Source of the DNA: Candidatus Altiarchaeota archaeon
GTDB taxonomy: Archaea > Altiarchaeota > Altiarchaeia > IMC4 > SCGC-AAA252-I15
Assembly: GCA_043813075.1 (NCBI GenBank)
Contig: JBDRLL010000010.1
Coordinates: 64,001-128,000, forward strand
Length of the DNA: 64,000 bases
Reading direction: 5' to 3'
Shown here: piece after piece, positions 1 to 7,602 of the stretch
Layout: every line of letters begins with the position of its first letter
Position numbering within the stretch: position 1 is the first letter of the stretch
Program-made: the position numbers and the translations under genes
The notes under the pieces: model-generated
Told to the model about the DNA's origin: nothing
Seen by the model: the letters and a program-made list of their open reading frames with translations, nothing else
Database searches by the model: none

Positions 1-941
1 ACATCCCCTGAGGCGGCTTCAAAGCCCTTGCGCACGGCATCAGCCTTGCCTTCACCATCCTGTCTCATGCACGATATCCTCCTGGACTCGTTCTCCCCCG
101 CAACCCTTTCAATCTCCTCCCAAGTGCCGTCACTGGAACCACCCTCAACAAATATGAGTTCAGTCCACAAGCCCATGTCAGGCACGGACTCGACTATCCT
201 GGATATGTTCCCCCTCTCATTCCTAGCGGGGACGACCACCGAAACGCTCATATCAGAGACAGGCTCAACGCCAAGAGGTCTGGCTATGACGTACTGCATA
301 AGGCACAGCCCCCCGACTACCGGCAGCCTAGCGACAAACCTGTTCACAAAGCCAGAGACTATAGGAATCCTCTTAGGGGCGAGTATCTCCCCACCCCCCC
401 TTATAGTCTCATAGCCCTCGAGGTAAAGGAGGTTCATTATGTCGTCCGCGGAAAGCCAGTTCTTAACAGGCTCCCACATCTTCAACCCGACTGCCTCACC
501 AGCCTTTAGGACAGGCTCCCACAGGAAGTTGTGCGTCGTTATCATCACCCTGGTCCTGCTAGTGCAGTTCTGCTTGATGTTCCTCAAAACCTCCTGCACG
601 TCACCAAACAATCCGACGGTATCTGATATTATTATGTAATCGAACTTCTCGTCCAGGACATAGTCTTCAGCATCCGCTTTCACAAAACTCAAGTGCGGGT
701 ACTTTGACGACGCTATCCTGATCATCTCCCCACTGAAGTCCACTCCAACACCCCTGGACGGCTTAAGAGCGTCAAGCAGAAACCCTGTGCCACACCCGAT
801 TTCGAGTATGCTCGCCCCCTCCCGCGTGTGAAACCTGTAGAAGTCTACCACCAGCTTGTTGTAGTACCTGTTCCTCCCTATCCACTCATCCCTACAGCCT
901 GCCTTAGAATCGAAGAAGACAGACAAATCCCCGTCACTCAC
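1..941 (-). CDS. Class I SAM methyltransferase + family 2 glycosyltransferase fusion (runs off the window start)
   Basis: Not in the ORF track. My translation from GTG at 941 gives MSDGDLSVFF...ILEIGCGTG (SAM motif I)...VSVVVPARNERGNI...IFVEGGSSDGT...GKADAVRKGF (GT2 N-terminus). Confidence 0.85.
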   Translation of the reverse strand, partial: MSDGDLSVFFDSKAGCRDEWIGRNRYYNKLVVDFYRFHTREGASILEIGCGTGFLLDALKPSRGVGVDFSGEMIRIASSKYPHLSFVKADAEDYVLDEKFDYIIISDTVGLFGDVQEVLRNIKQNCTSRTRVMITTHNFLWEPVLKAGEAVGLKMWEPVKNWLSADDIMNLLYLEGYETIRGGGEILAPKRIPIVSGFVNRFVARLPVVGGLCLMQYVIARPLGVEPVSDMSVSVVVPARNERGNISRIVESVPDMGLWTELIFVEGGSSDGTWEEIERVAGENESRRISCMRQDGEGKADAVRKGFEAASGD

Positions 942-1087
942 GATAAACCCACCATAACAACTAAAATATCACACCCAATATTTAATAGCAAGCCAACATG
1001 AAAACAAACCAGCCGGGGCGTTCATAATCCCGCCCACAAAAGGATATGGCTTCTGCTGTTATGACAAAATACTGTGGTGAAGTGCAT

Positions 1088-1135
1088 GAGCCCCCGTAGG
1101 GGGCTCTATTCGCTGCGCGTGTCCACGGAGCGAGC
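1088..1135. repeat. tRNA-downstream two-hairpin element, copy 1
   Basis: GAGCCCCC-GTA-GGGGGCTC hairpin followed by ATTCGCTGCGCGTGTCCACGGAGCGAGC (1108-1135), which is 25/28 identical to 35045-35072. Confidence 0.8.
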
Positions 1136-1137
1136 CC

Positions 1138-1224
1138 TGGTTACGGACCCGCTGGGACACTCAAAATCGCTTTGCGATTTTGGTGCGTCGGCAAGCTTTG
1201 CTTGCCGAGCGTTCGAACCCAGGT
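1138..1224 (-). repeat. Duplicated 3' end of tRNA-Arg, interrupted in the T-loop by a 54-nt double-hairpin insert
   Basis: 1138-1157 equals 1227-1246 and 1212-1224 equals 1247-1259. The insert (1158-1211) contains CAAAATCGC-TTT-GCGATTTTG and TCGGCAAGC-TTT-GCTTGCCGA. Confidence 0.9.
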
Positions 1225-1232
1225 TTTGGTTA

Positions 1233-1392
1233 CGGACCCGCTGGGATTCGAACCCAGGTCCGGGGATCTCTCCGAATCAATTTATCGACTTCACCGGGCC
1301 ATCGAGGCTTATGCCGAAGATGGCCCATTTGATGAATCTTTTTTAAAGATTCGCCGAAGTCCCCTAGGATGTCCAGACTACCCTACGGGCCC
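1233..1392 (-). tRNA. tRNA-Arg(TCG) with an 86-nt intron at canonical position 37/38 (intron 1268-1353)
   Basis: Acceptor stem GGGCCCG/CGGGTCC, anticodon arm GGGGA-CT-TCG-G^...^A-TCCCC, T-arm CTGGG-TTCGAAT-CCCAG. BHB motif: central helix CTTC/GGAG, bulges GG^C and AG^A, outer helix GAATC/GATTC. Confidence 0.92.
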
Positions 1393-1436
1393 GTAGGTAT
1401 TATTTTGTGTATTACTTGTATATGAATCTTTAGTTT

Positions 1437-1856
1437 TTATGAGCGCCTCCTCAGGATGCCGTCTTCCAGCTGGCCTATGTCTAACGCCCTGCCCTCGTTC
1501 TTCACCAGCACACGGCCGGAGAGCTCGGATTCCAGGCTTACTGGTTTTTTGTCTATGAAGTCCTCCGCCTGCTTTCGGTCTAGGTTAACAGCTCTCTTCC
1601 ATGCGTTATTGAAGAACAGCTGGATGCAGTGTATGGTGGGCTCCTTCTTTTTTTCATCAGCTATCGGTATGCCGAGGGAGCTCACAGGAAGGCTCCGGAG
1701 GTTCTCGACGCAATCCCGTCCCGCAGCCCACACGAAACCCTCCCCTATGAGTAGGACCATGTCCTTCAATTCCGCCTCATCCAGTCCGTATCTTACTCCA
1801 ATCTCCTTGATCGTCTTCCTCTTCTCCCTGGAGTTCAGTATGAACAGTCCCTTCAC
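1437..1856 (-). CDS. Putative NIP7/PUA-like (RsmF C-terminal-like) RNA-binding protein
   Basis: 139 aa, overlaps the stop of the RsmB/NOP gene. Its C-terminus (VNLDRKQAEDFIDKKPV...GRVLVKNEGRALDIG) resembles a PUA-like domain. Confidence 0.5.
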   Translation of the reverse strand: MKGLFILNSREKRKTIKEIGVRYGLDEAELKDMVLLIGEGFVWAAGRDCVENLRSLPVSSLGIPIADEKKKEPTIHCIQLFFNNAWKRAVNLDRKQAEDFIDKKPVSLESELSGRVLVKNEGRALDIGQLEDGILRRRS

Positions 1857-2767
1857 TTCTTCACCATCTTGGCTGTGAAAAACCCTATCGACTCGTTGAT
1901 GAAAGGATATACCCTAACACACTTTGACACGGATTCGTCGAACACCTTCCCCTCCCATTCAACGATTCCCGGCCGCGTCTCCAGACCATCCAGCCTGAAT
2001 TCCTCGACAGTCAAACCCAAGTCTATCGCCGTATCCACTACCGCCTCGTTCTCTTCGGGGGCGTAAGTGCATGTGCTGTACACTAGTGCGCCGCCTTCAG
2101 CCAGCAGTCTCACCGTGTTTTCCATGATCTTCTTCTGTGTCATGGAGTTGCGGCGTATCTTACCAGCACTCCACTGCATCACCGACTCCCGGCTAACCCC
2201 GAACATGCCTTCACCCGAGCATGGGGCGTCCAAGAGTATCTTGTCGAACAACATCCCTGCCTCAATGCTCTCCCTCGCGTCAATGCCGGTTACTACCGCG
2301 TTAAGTATCCCATACTTGCTTAGGTTAAACCTTAATGCGCCAATCCTCCTGTGATTCCCCTCGTTCGCGACAAGAAGGCCCCTGTTGCCCATCAGGGCTG
2401 CCATGTGGGTTGTCTTACCTCCCGGGGATGCGGTCAAGTCCAAGGCGAGTTCCCCTGGCCTGGGTTTTAAGGCTTCCGGGGGGATCATGGAGGCCGCGTC
2501 CTGGATGTAGTAGTGCCCCAGGAAATACTCTAGGGTGCTTGAGAGGCCATCCCCCTCCATGTAAAAACCGGTGCCACACCAAGGCACCCGCTCCAGAGTG
2601 AAACCCGGTTCAAGAGCCTTCAGACAGGCTTTAACGCTTGTTTTGAGGGTGTTCACCCTTATTGACTGTCTCGGCGGGTTAACGCAGGATTCCATCAGCA
2701 ATCCTGCCTCAGAGCCTGTGAGCCTGCTTATCCTATCCTTGAATTCACTGTGAAGTCCTTTAAACAC
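1853..2767 (-). CDS. RsmB/NOP2 (NSUN) family RNA m5C methyltransferase
   Basis: Motifs IRVNTLK, YIQDAASM, ASPGGKT, LLDAPCSG and YSTCT..PEENE. Confidence 0.95.
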   Translation of the reverse strand: MFKGLHSEFKDRISRLTGSEAGLLMESCVNPPRQSIRVNTLKTSVKACLKALEPGFTLERVPWCGTGFYMEGDGLSSTLEYFLGHYYIQDAASMIPPEALKPRPGELALDLTASPGGKTTHMAALMGNRGLLVANEGNHRRIGALRFNLSKYGILNAVVTGIDARESIEAGMLFDKILLDAPCSGEGMFGVSRESVMQWSAGKIRRNSMTQKKIMENTVRLLAEGGALVYSTCTYAPEENEAVVDTAIDLGLTVEEFRLDGLETRPGIVEWEGKVFDESVSKCVRVYPFINESIGFFTAKMVKK

Positions 2768-2839
2768 GTTAATACTTTATTTTTATTGCTATAAGGTGAA
2801 TTAGTAAAACCAATTTTATAGTCAATATTTGTGATAAAC

Positions 2840-3292
2840 ATGGAGTATAAGGTAGTTGTATCAGACCCTAAGACAGGGAAGAGTTATCAGATAGAGTTGA
2901 AGGATGAGAATGCGAAGAGAATCAGGCATAGGAAGATAGGCGACTCTATCGAGGGGGCGTTACTCGGGCTGGCAGGATATACTCTCGAGATCACGGGTGG
3001 TTCAGACAAGGGCGGCTTCGCCATGAAGAAAGGCCTACACGACCAGAAGGCTCAGTACGTTTTGGCAAAGGAAGGCATCGGATACAATCCCAAGAGGGAT
3101 GTGCGGGTGAGGAAGCGTATGCGCGGTGAAATCATAAGCGAGGATGTCGTGCAGGTGAACACCAAGATAACGGGGTACGGGCGGAAGACCATCGAAGAGC
3201 TTTTAGGATTGTCTGGGAGTGATGCTTCCGCTGAAGGCGGGGGATCTGCTGGCGAAGGAGAAGCCTCTGAACCAAAGGAAGGGGATGCGTAG
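2840..3292 (+). CDS. rps6e: 30S ribosomal protein S6e
   Basis: Motifs [25 protein letters not shown] and RKRMRG. First gene of the conserved archaeal superoperon. ATG at 2840 preferred. Confidence 0.95.
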   Translation: MEYKVVVSDPKTGKSYQIELKDENAKRIRHRKIGDSIEGALLGLAGYTLEITGGSDKGGFAMKKGLHDQKAQYVLAKEGIGYNPKRDVRVRKRMRGEIISEDVVQVNTKITGYGRKTIEELLGLSGSDASAEGGGSAGEGEASEPKEGDA

Positions 3293-3318
3293 AATACACG
3301 GGAGGCCTAGTTCATATC

Positions 3319-4515
3319 ATGCAGTCTGAGGTTAACATAGGGTTGGTTGGGCACGTAGACCATGGGAAGACGACCTTAACTAAGGCTTTGTCTGGCGTCT
3401 GGACCGACAGGCACAGTGAGGAGATCAAGCGTGGCATATCCATAAGACTGGGTTACGCTGACTGCGACTTCTATAAGTGCCAGAAATGCGTTGAACCAGA
3501 CTGCTATTCAACCCAGGAGACTTGCAAGCACTGCGGCAGCAAGGCGGATTTCCTGAGGCGGGTCTCTTTTGTTGATTCTCCAGGTCACGAGACTCTGATG
3601 GCTACAATGCTTTCGGGGGCTGCGCTCATGGATGGTGCGGTGCTTGTGATTGCTGCCAACGAGGAATGCCCTCAGCCCCAGACTGCAGAGCATCTCATAG
3701 CACTTGATAGTCTGGGTGTTAAGAAGGTTGTCATAGCCCAGAACAAGATAGATGTTGTTGACCGGCAGAAGGCGGTTGAAAACTACCGGCAGATACTGGA
3801 ATTCGTTAAGGGCACTTGCGCGGAGAAAGCCCCTATAATCCCTTTGGCTGCTCATTATAACGCTAACGTGGACCTGCTCATCCAGGCCATACAGGACGTC
3901 ATAATAACCCCTGAAAGGGATTTGACCAAGCCGGCTAGGATGAATGTCGCAAGGTCTTTTGACGTGAACCGTCCCGGATCCCCCCTAAAGGATTTGAAGG
4001 GAGGGGTTATAGGCGGGTCCTTGATTCAGGGACAGATAAAGGTGGGTGATGAGATTGAGATACTGCCTGGAGTCAAGAAGAAGAACAACTACAATTCAGT
4101 GACAACAAGGATAACCAGCATAAGCGTTGGAAGCGAGTCACTGGAGACTGCTGAGCCCGGGGGTCTGATAGCGTTCGGCACTGAACTGGACCCTTTCCTC
4201 ACCAAGTCGGACAGTCTGTCTGGTAGTGTGGCTGGCAAGCCTGCTACGCTGCCTCCAGTCAGGGACTCTCTTAGCATCGACGTCACGATGATAGAGCGGC
4301 TGGTGGGTGTGGACGGCAAGGTGCAGCCTCTGGTTAAGGGGGAGCCTCTGATGGTGTCTTCTGGTAGTGCGGTCACCGTCGGGATGGTAGTTAACCCCAA
4401 GGGCGAGTTAAACCTAAAGCTCCCCATATGCGTTGATTCCGGCAGCAAGATAGCGTTAAGCAGGCGTATAGGCGCTAGGTGGCATCTAATCGGCTATGGC
4501 ATCGTTAAAGACTGA
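3319..4515 (+). CDS. eif2g: Translation initiation factor aIF2 gamma
   Basis: [18 protein letters not shown], Zn ribbon CxxC...CxxC, DSPGHE, NKID. Confidence 0.98.
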   Translation: MQSEVNIGLVGHVDHGKTTLTKALSGVWTDRHSEEIKRGISIRLGYADCDFYKCQKCVEPDCYSTQETCKHCGSKADFLRRVSFVDSPGHETLMATMLSGAALMDGAVLVIAANEECPQPQTAEHLIALDSLGVKKVVIAQNKIDVVDRQKAVENYRQILEFVKGTCAEKAPIIPLAAHYNANVDLLIQAIQDVIITPERDLTKPARMNVARSFDVNRPGSPLKDLKGGVIGGSLIQGQIKVGDEIEILPGVKKKNNYNSVTTRITSISVGSESLETAEPGGLIAFGTELDPFLTKSDSLSGSVAGKPATLPPVRDSLSIDVTMIERLVGVDGKVQPLVKGEPLMVSSGSAVTVGMVVNPKGELNLKLPICVDSGSKIALSRRIGARWHLIGYGIVKD

Positions 4516-4518
4516 AGA

Positions 4519-4905
4519 ATGGTGTTGACTATCCTACTTGACACGAATTTCCTCATGACTCCAGTCCAGAATGGGATAGACGTGTTCGCCGAGCTTCCAA
4601 TACTGATTGAGGAAGACTCCCGGCTATGCGTCCCGAAGGCGGTGGTCAGGGAGCTGGAAGGCCTGGCAAAATCGAATAAAGCCGACTCGCCGGCAGCCCG
4701 TGTTGCCTTAAGGCTTATAGAGTCCAATAATCTTGTTCTACTGGATTCCGAGGGCGGGGCTGACGAGTGGATAAAGCAATACTCCCTGGAAAACCGGGGT
4801 AAGGTGCTTGTATGCACAAATGACCGGGAATTAAGGTCTTTCCTTTGTTCTAACGGGGTCGGGGTGGTGTCCACGCGCGGTAAAGGCCGTTTAACACGTT
4901 TTTAA
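4519..4905 (+). CDS. PIN domain nuclease (Fcf1/Utp24-like)
   Basis: LLDTNFL...VVRELE...ADE...CTNDREL, in the conserved position after aIF2gamma. Confidence 0.9.
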   Translation: MVLTILLDTNFLMTPVQNGIDVFAELPILIEEDSRLCVPKAVVRELEGLAKSNKADSPAARVALRLIESNNLVLLDSEGGADEWIKQYSLENRGKVLVCTNDRELRSFLCSNGVGVVSTRGKGRLTRF

Positions 4906-4971
4906 CCTCGTTTTCCCTAATTCAATACTCATTTTTATTCGATAAATCGAATGTATTGTGAGTGTGTTTGA

Positions 4972-5574
4972 ATGAACAGGATTGTCGCAGCTGAAGACAC
5001 GGTAAGGGTGCCTCCAAGATACTTCAATGAAGTCCTTGAGGATGTGGTTACTCGCGAGCTTGAGGCCATGGTGACAGGCAAGATAAACAAGAAGATAGGT
5101 CTTGTGTTGGCTGTCAACAAGATAATTGATGTTAGTGAGGGGAAGATAATCCACGGTGACGGGGCGATATACTATGACGTCAACTTCGAGGTCCTCGCAT
5201 ACAAGCCTGAAGTTCACGAGGTTGTGGAGGGTTCAGTCACGGAAGTCACGGAATTCGGGGTCTTCGTTAATTTCGGGCCTATCGACGGTCTCATACACGT
5301 GTCTCAGATAACCGAGGACTTCATGAGCTATGATCAGAAGAATTCGATGTTCATCGGGAAAGAGTCAAACAAGTCCTTAAAGCAGGGCGATATGGTTAGG
5401 GCTAGGATTGTTACCGTCAGCATGAAGAACCGTGCTCCAGACTCTAAGATAGGGTTGACGATGAGGCAGCCTTACTTGGGCAAGTTGGAGTGGATTGAGG
5501 ACGATAAGAAGCAGCAGTTAAAGCCTAAGGATGAGAAGCCGCCGTCTAAGGGAAAGAAGGGTGATGCCAAGTGA
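4972..5574 (+). CDS. rpoE1: DNA-directed RNA polymerase subunit E' (Rpo7)
   Basis: DTVRVPP, GKIIHGDGA, S1 domain FGPIDGLIHVSQI, KIGLTMRQPYLGKLEWI. Confidence 0.97.
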   Translation: MNRIVAAEDTVRVPPRYFNEVLEDVVTRELEAMVTGKINKKIGLVLAVNKIIDVSEGKIIHGDGAIYYDVNFEVLAYKPEVHEVVEGSVTEVTEFGVFVNFGPIDGLIHVSQITEDFMSYDQKNSMFIGKESNKSLKQGDMVRARIVTVSMKNRAPDSKIGLTMRQPYLGKLEWIEDDKKQQLKPKDEKPPSKGKKGDAK

Positions 5575-5747
5575 GGGCGTGTAAGTCGTGCATGCGTCTC
5601 GTCGAGGAGGAGACGTGTCCAGTGTGTAAGACTTCGACGACCCAATACTGGAGCGGATACCTTGCGGTCTTAAGCCCTGAGAAGAGCGAGATATCCAAGA
5701 AGATGGAGATTAAGACTCCCGGCCAGTACGCCCTAAAGGTGAGGTAA
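5571..5747 (+). CDS. spt4: Transcription elongation factor Spt4 (RpoE'')
   Basis: Below the ORF track cut-off. 58 aa: MRACKSCMRLVEEETCPVCKTSTTQYWSGYLAVLSPEKSEISKKMEIKTPGQYALKVR. Overlaps both neighbours. Confidence 0.95.
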   Translation: MRACKSCMRLVEEETCPVCKTSTTQYWSGYLAVLSPEKSEISKKMEIKTPGQYALKVR

Positions 5748-6235
5748 TGAATTTACCCCCCAGCCTAAGGCCGGCGCTTAAGAAGCCGTTAGGCAGGCTT
5801 GTTAGCGGATTAGACTCATTAAGCAAGGAAGACGTCCTTATCACTGTCGGCGATGAGGCCAGTAAGGCGGTGTTAAGCGATGGCTTCAAACCAAAGATTG
5901 TCGTCTACGACGGCAAGACGGCTAGACAGCCGATTGACGTGCCAGAGTCTCTTGAAGGCTATGGCGATAAGAGCGTCACTGTCGAAAATCCTCCGGGAAC
6001 CCTCCAGAAGCGGGTTTTCCAGGTGATTCGCCAGGCGTTGGATTATGAGGGCAGTACAACAGTCTTTGTTGAAGGGGAGGAGGATTTGACTGCGTTGGCT
6101 GCGATCATGGAGGCGCCTAACGGCACGGTAGTCGTCTACGGCCAGCCGGGTGAAGGCATGGTATTGGTTGACGTGAATGAGGTTATTAAGAAGAAGGTAT
6201 CTAAAATAATCGGTGAAATGGAAGATGGATGTTGA
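5747..6235 (+). CDS. GTP-dependent dephospho-CoA kinase (DUF359)
   Basis: LKKPLG, TVGD, DGKTAR, NPPG, VEGEEDL, YGQPGEG, in the conserved position. Confidence 0.93.
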   Translation: MNLPPSLRPALKKPLGRLVSGLDSLSKEDVLITVGDEASKAVLSDGFKPKIVVYDGKTARQPIDVPESLEGYGDKSVTVENPPGTLQKRVFQVIRQALDYEGSTTVFVEGEEDLTALAAIMEAPNGTVVVYGQPGEGMVLVDVNEVIKKKVSKIIGEMEDGC

Positions 6236-6629
6236 GATCATAGAAGACAAGGTAAATCCCCTGATGGGGCGTAGGGAGGTTAAGTTCATCCTTAAGTATG
6301 AGGGCGCTACTCCTAAGCGGCCTGAGGCGCGCAAGAAAATAGTGTCTGTCTTGAAGTCTGATGACTCGCTGACTGTGCTTGACAAGCTTGACCCTTCGTT
6401 CGGGACGATGAAGGCGTCCGGATACGTTAAGGTATATGACAGTCAGGAGGCAATGAAGATAGAGCCTGAATACAGGCTAAAGAAGAATTTCCCGCCAGCT
6501 GAAGCCAAGCCGGAAGGCGAGCCTTCAGGAGATGCTCCTTCCGCTGGTGCTGACGCAGGTCAGGGTGAGCCTGCCGCTGAAGCCAAGCATGGGGAAGCCG
6601 CTGAGCCAGAAGTAAAGGGGGGTGAGTGA
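6225..6629 (+). CDS. rps24e: 30S ribosomal protein S24e (acidic C-terminal extension)
   Basis: NPLMGRREV...ATPKRPE...FG...GYVKVY. ATG at 6225 preferred. Confidence 0.93.
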   Translation: MDVEIIEDKVNPLMGRREVKFILKYEGATPKRPEARKKIVSVLKSDDSLTVLDKLDPSFGTMKASGYVKVYDSQEAMKIEPEYRLKKNFPPAEAKPEGEPSGDAPSAGADAGQGEPAAEAKHGEAAEPEVKGGE

Positions 6630-6829
6630 TGGCTAAGCCTAAGGAAAAAACCGGGAAGAACACGAGCAAGAAGTGGAAGTTATACAAGGTTGGCGACAAG
6701 TTAGAGAGGACTAGAAAATCCTGCCCGAAATGCGGTGAGGGAGTCTTCTTGGCGAAGCACACTGACCGGGAGTCGTGCGGTAAGTGCGGTTACACTGAGT
6801 TTCAGAAGAAGGATCATAAAAAAGAATAG
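6629..6829 (+). CDS. rps27ae: 30S ribosomal protein S27ae
   Basis: [25 protein letters not shown] zinc ribbon. Confidence 0.96.
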   Translation: MAKPKEKTGKNTSKKWKLYKVGDKLERTRKSCPKCGEGVFLAKHTDRESCGKCGYTEFQKKDHKKE

Positions 6830-6860
6830 TTCCTTCCTCCTTTGATGGTGTTGTTGAACA

Positions 6861-7412
6861 ATGAGGGTTGCGGGACTCGACTTAGCTGGAAGCCCTAAGA
6901 ACGAGAGCGGCCTATGCGTTCTTGAGGTTGAATCTGATGTTAAGAGCGTGTCCACCAGCATACTTTACTCTGACGAGGATATAGTCGGCAGACTCCTTGA
7001 TGTTAAGCCAAAGCTTGTTGCCGTTGACGCCCCGATGGTGTATAACGGTGAAAACAGGGGTTGTGACGCGTTACTGCACGATTATGGTGCGCTGCCAGTG
7101 ACCCTTAAGGGTATGGAGATGCTGGCTATCCGGGGGGTGGGCATTGCAAGACAGTTAAGGGAGAATAGCATGGAGTACGTGGAAGTGTACTCCAAGGCTA
7201 CCGCGAGGATACTTGGCCTATACAGTAAAGACGACTTCAGGATGCAGAAGAACATGGTCTCGCTCAACCTTGAGGGGGACATAAACTCTAGACTACTGTC
7301 CAGGGACGAGTTGGACGCCATACTCGCGGCCATTACCGGATACCTCTACATTGAAGGCCAGACGAGGTCTGTCGGCGGTGAGGATGGTGTGGTCCAGATT
7401 CCAGAGGTATAA
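6861..7412 (+). CDS. DUF429 family RNase H-fold protein
   Basis: GLDLAG, VAVDAP, R.CD, VEVY, DELDA..AA.T. Confidence 0.8.
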   Translation: MRVAGLDLAGSPKNESGLCVLEVESDVKSVSTSILYSDEDIVGRLLDVKPKLVAVDAPMVYNGENRGCDALLHDYGALPVTLKGMEMLAIRGVGIARQLRENSMEYVEVYSKATARILGLYSKDDFRMQKNMVSLNLEGDINSRLLSRDELDAILAAITGYLYIEGQTRSVGGEDGVVQIPEV

Positions 7413-7413
7413 T

Positions 7414-7578
7414 CTAGAATAACGCGTACACGAATGGTGATACTGTCGAGGATTGGGCGAATATTATGAGCGTCCCGACGATCAATAGCATGATTATTAT
7501 TGGCGTTAGCCACCACTTCTTCCTGACCTTCAGGAAATCCCAGACTTCGAAAATAAAAGACTTGTTTCCCGTCATCAT
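7414..7578 (-). CDS. Small membrane protein, SxtK/DUF5989-like
   Basis: Not in the ORF track. 54 aa: MMTGNKSFIFEVWDFLKVRKKWWLTPIIIMLLIVGTLIIFAQSSTVSPFVYALF, with the RKKWWL.PII...PF.Y.LF signature. Directly downstream of the carbamoyltransferase. Confidence 0.85.
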   Translation of the reverse strand: MMTGNKSFIFEVWDFLKVRKKWWLTPIIIMLLIVGTLIIFAQSSTVSPFVYALF

Positions 7579-7602
7579 AACGTATTATACATTCTAATAT
7601 AT

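Noticed and set aside
1074-1396. ORFs 1074-1346 and 1172-1396
   Set aside because: They are antisense to tRNA-Arg and its duplicated, palindromic flank, and show no protein-like features.
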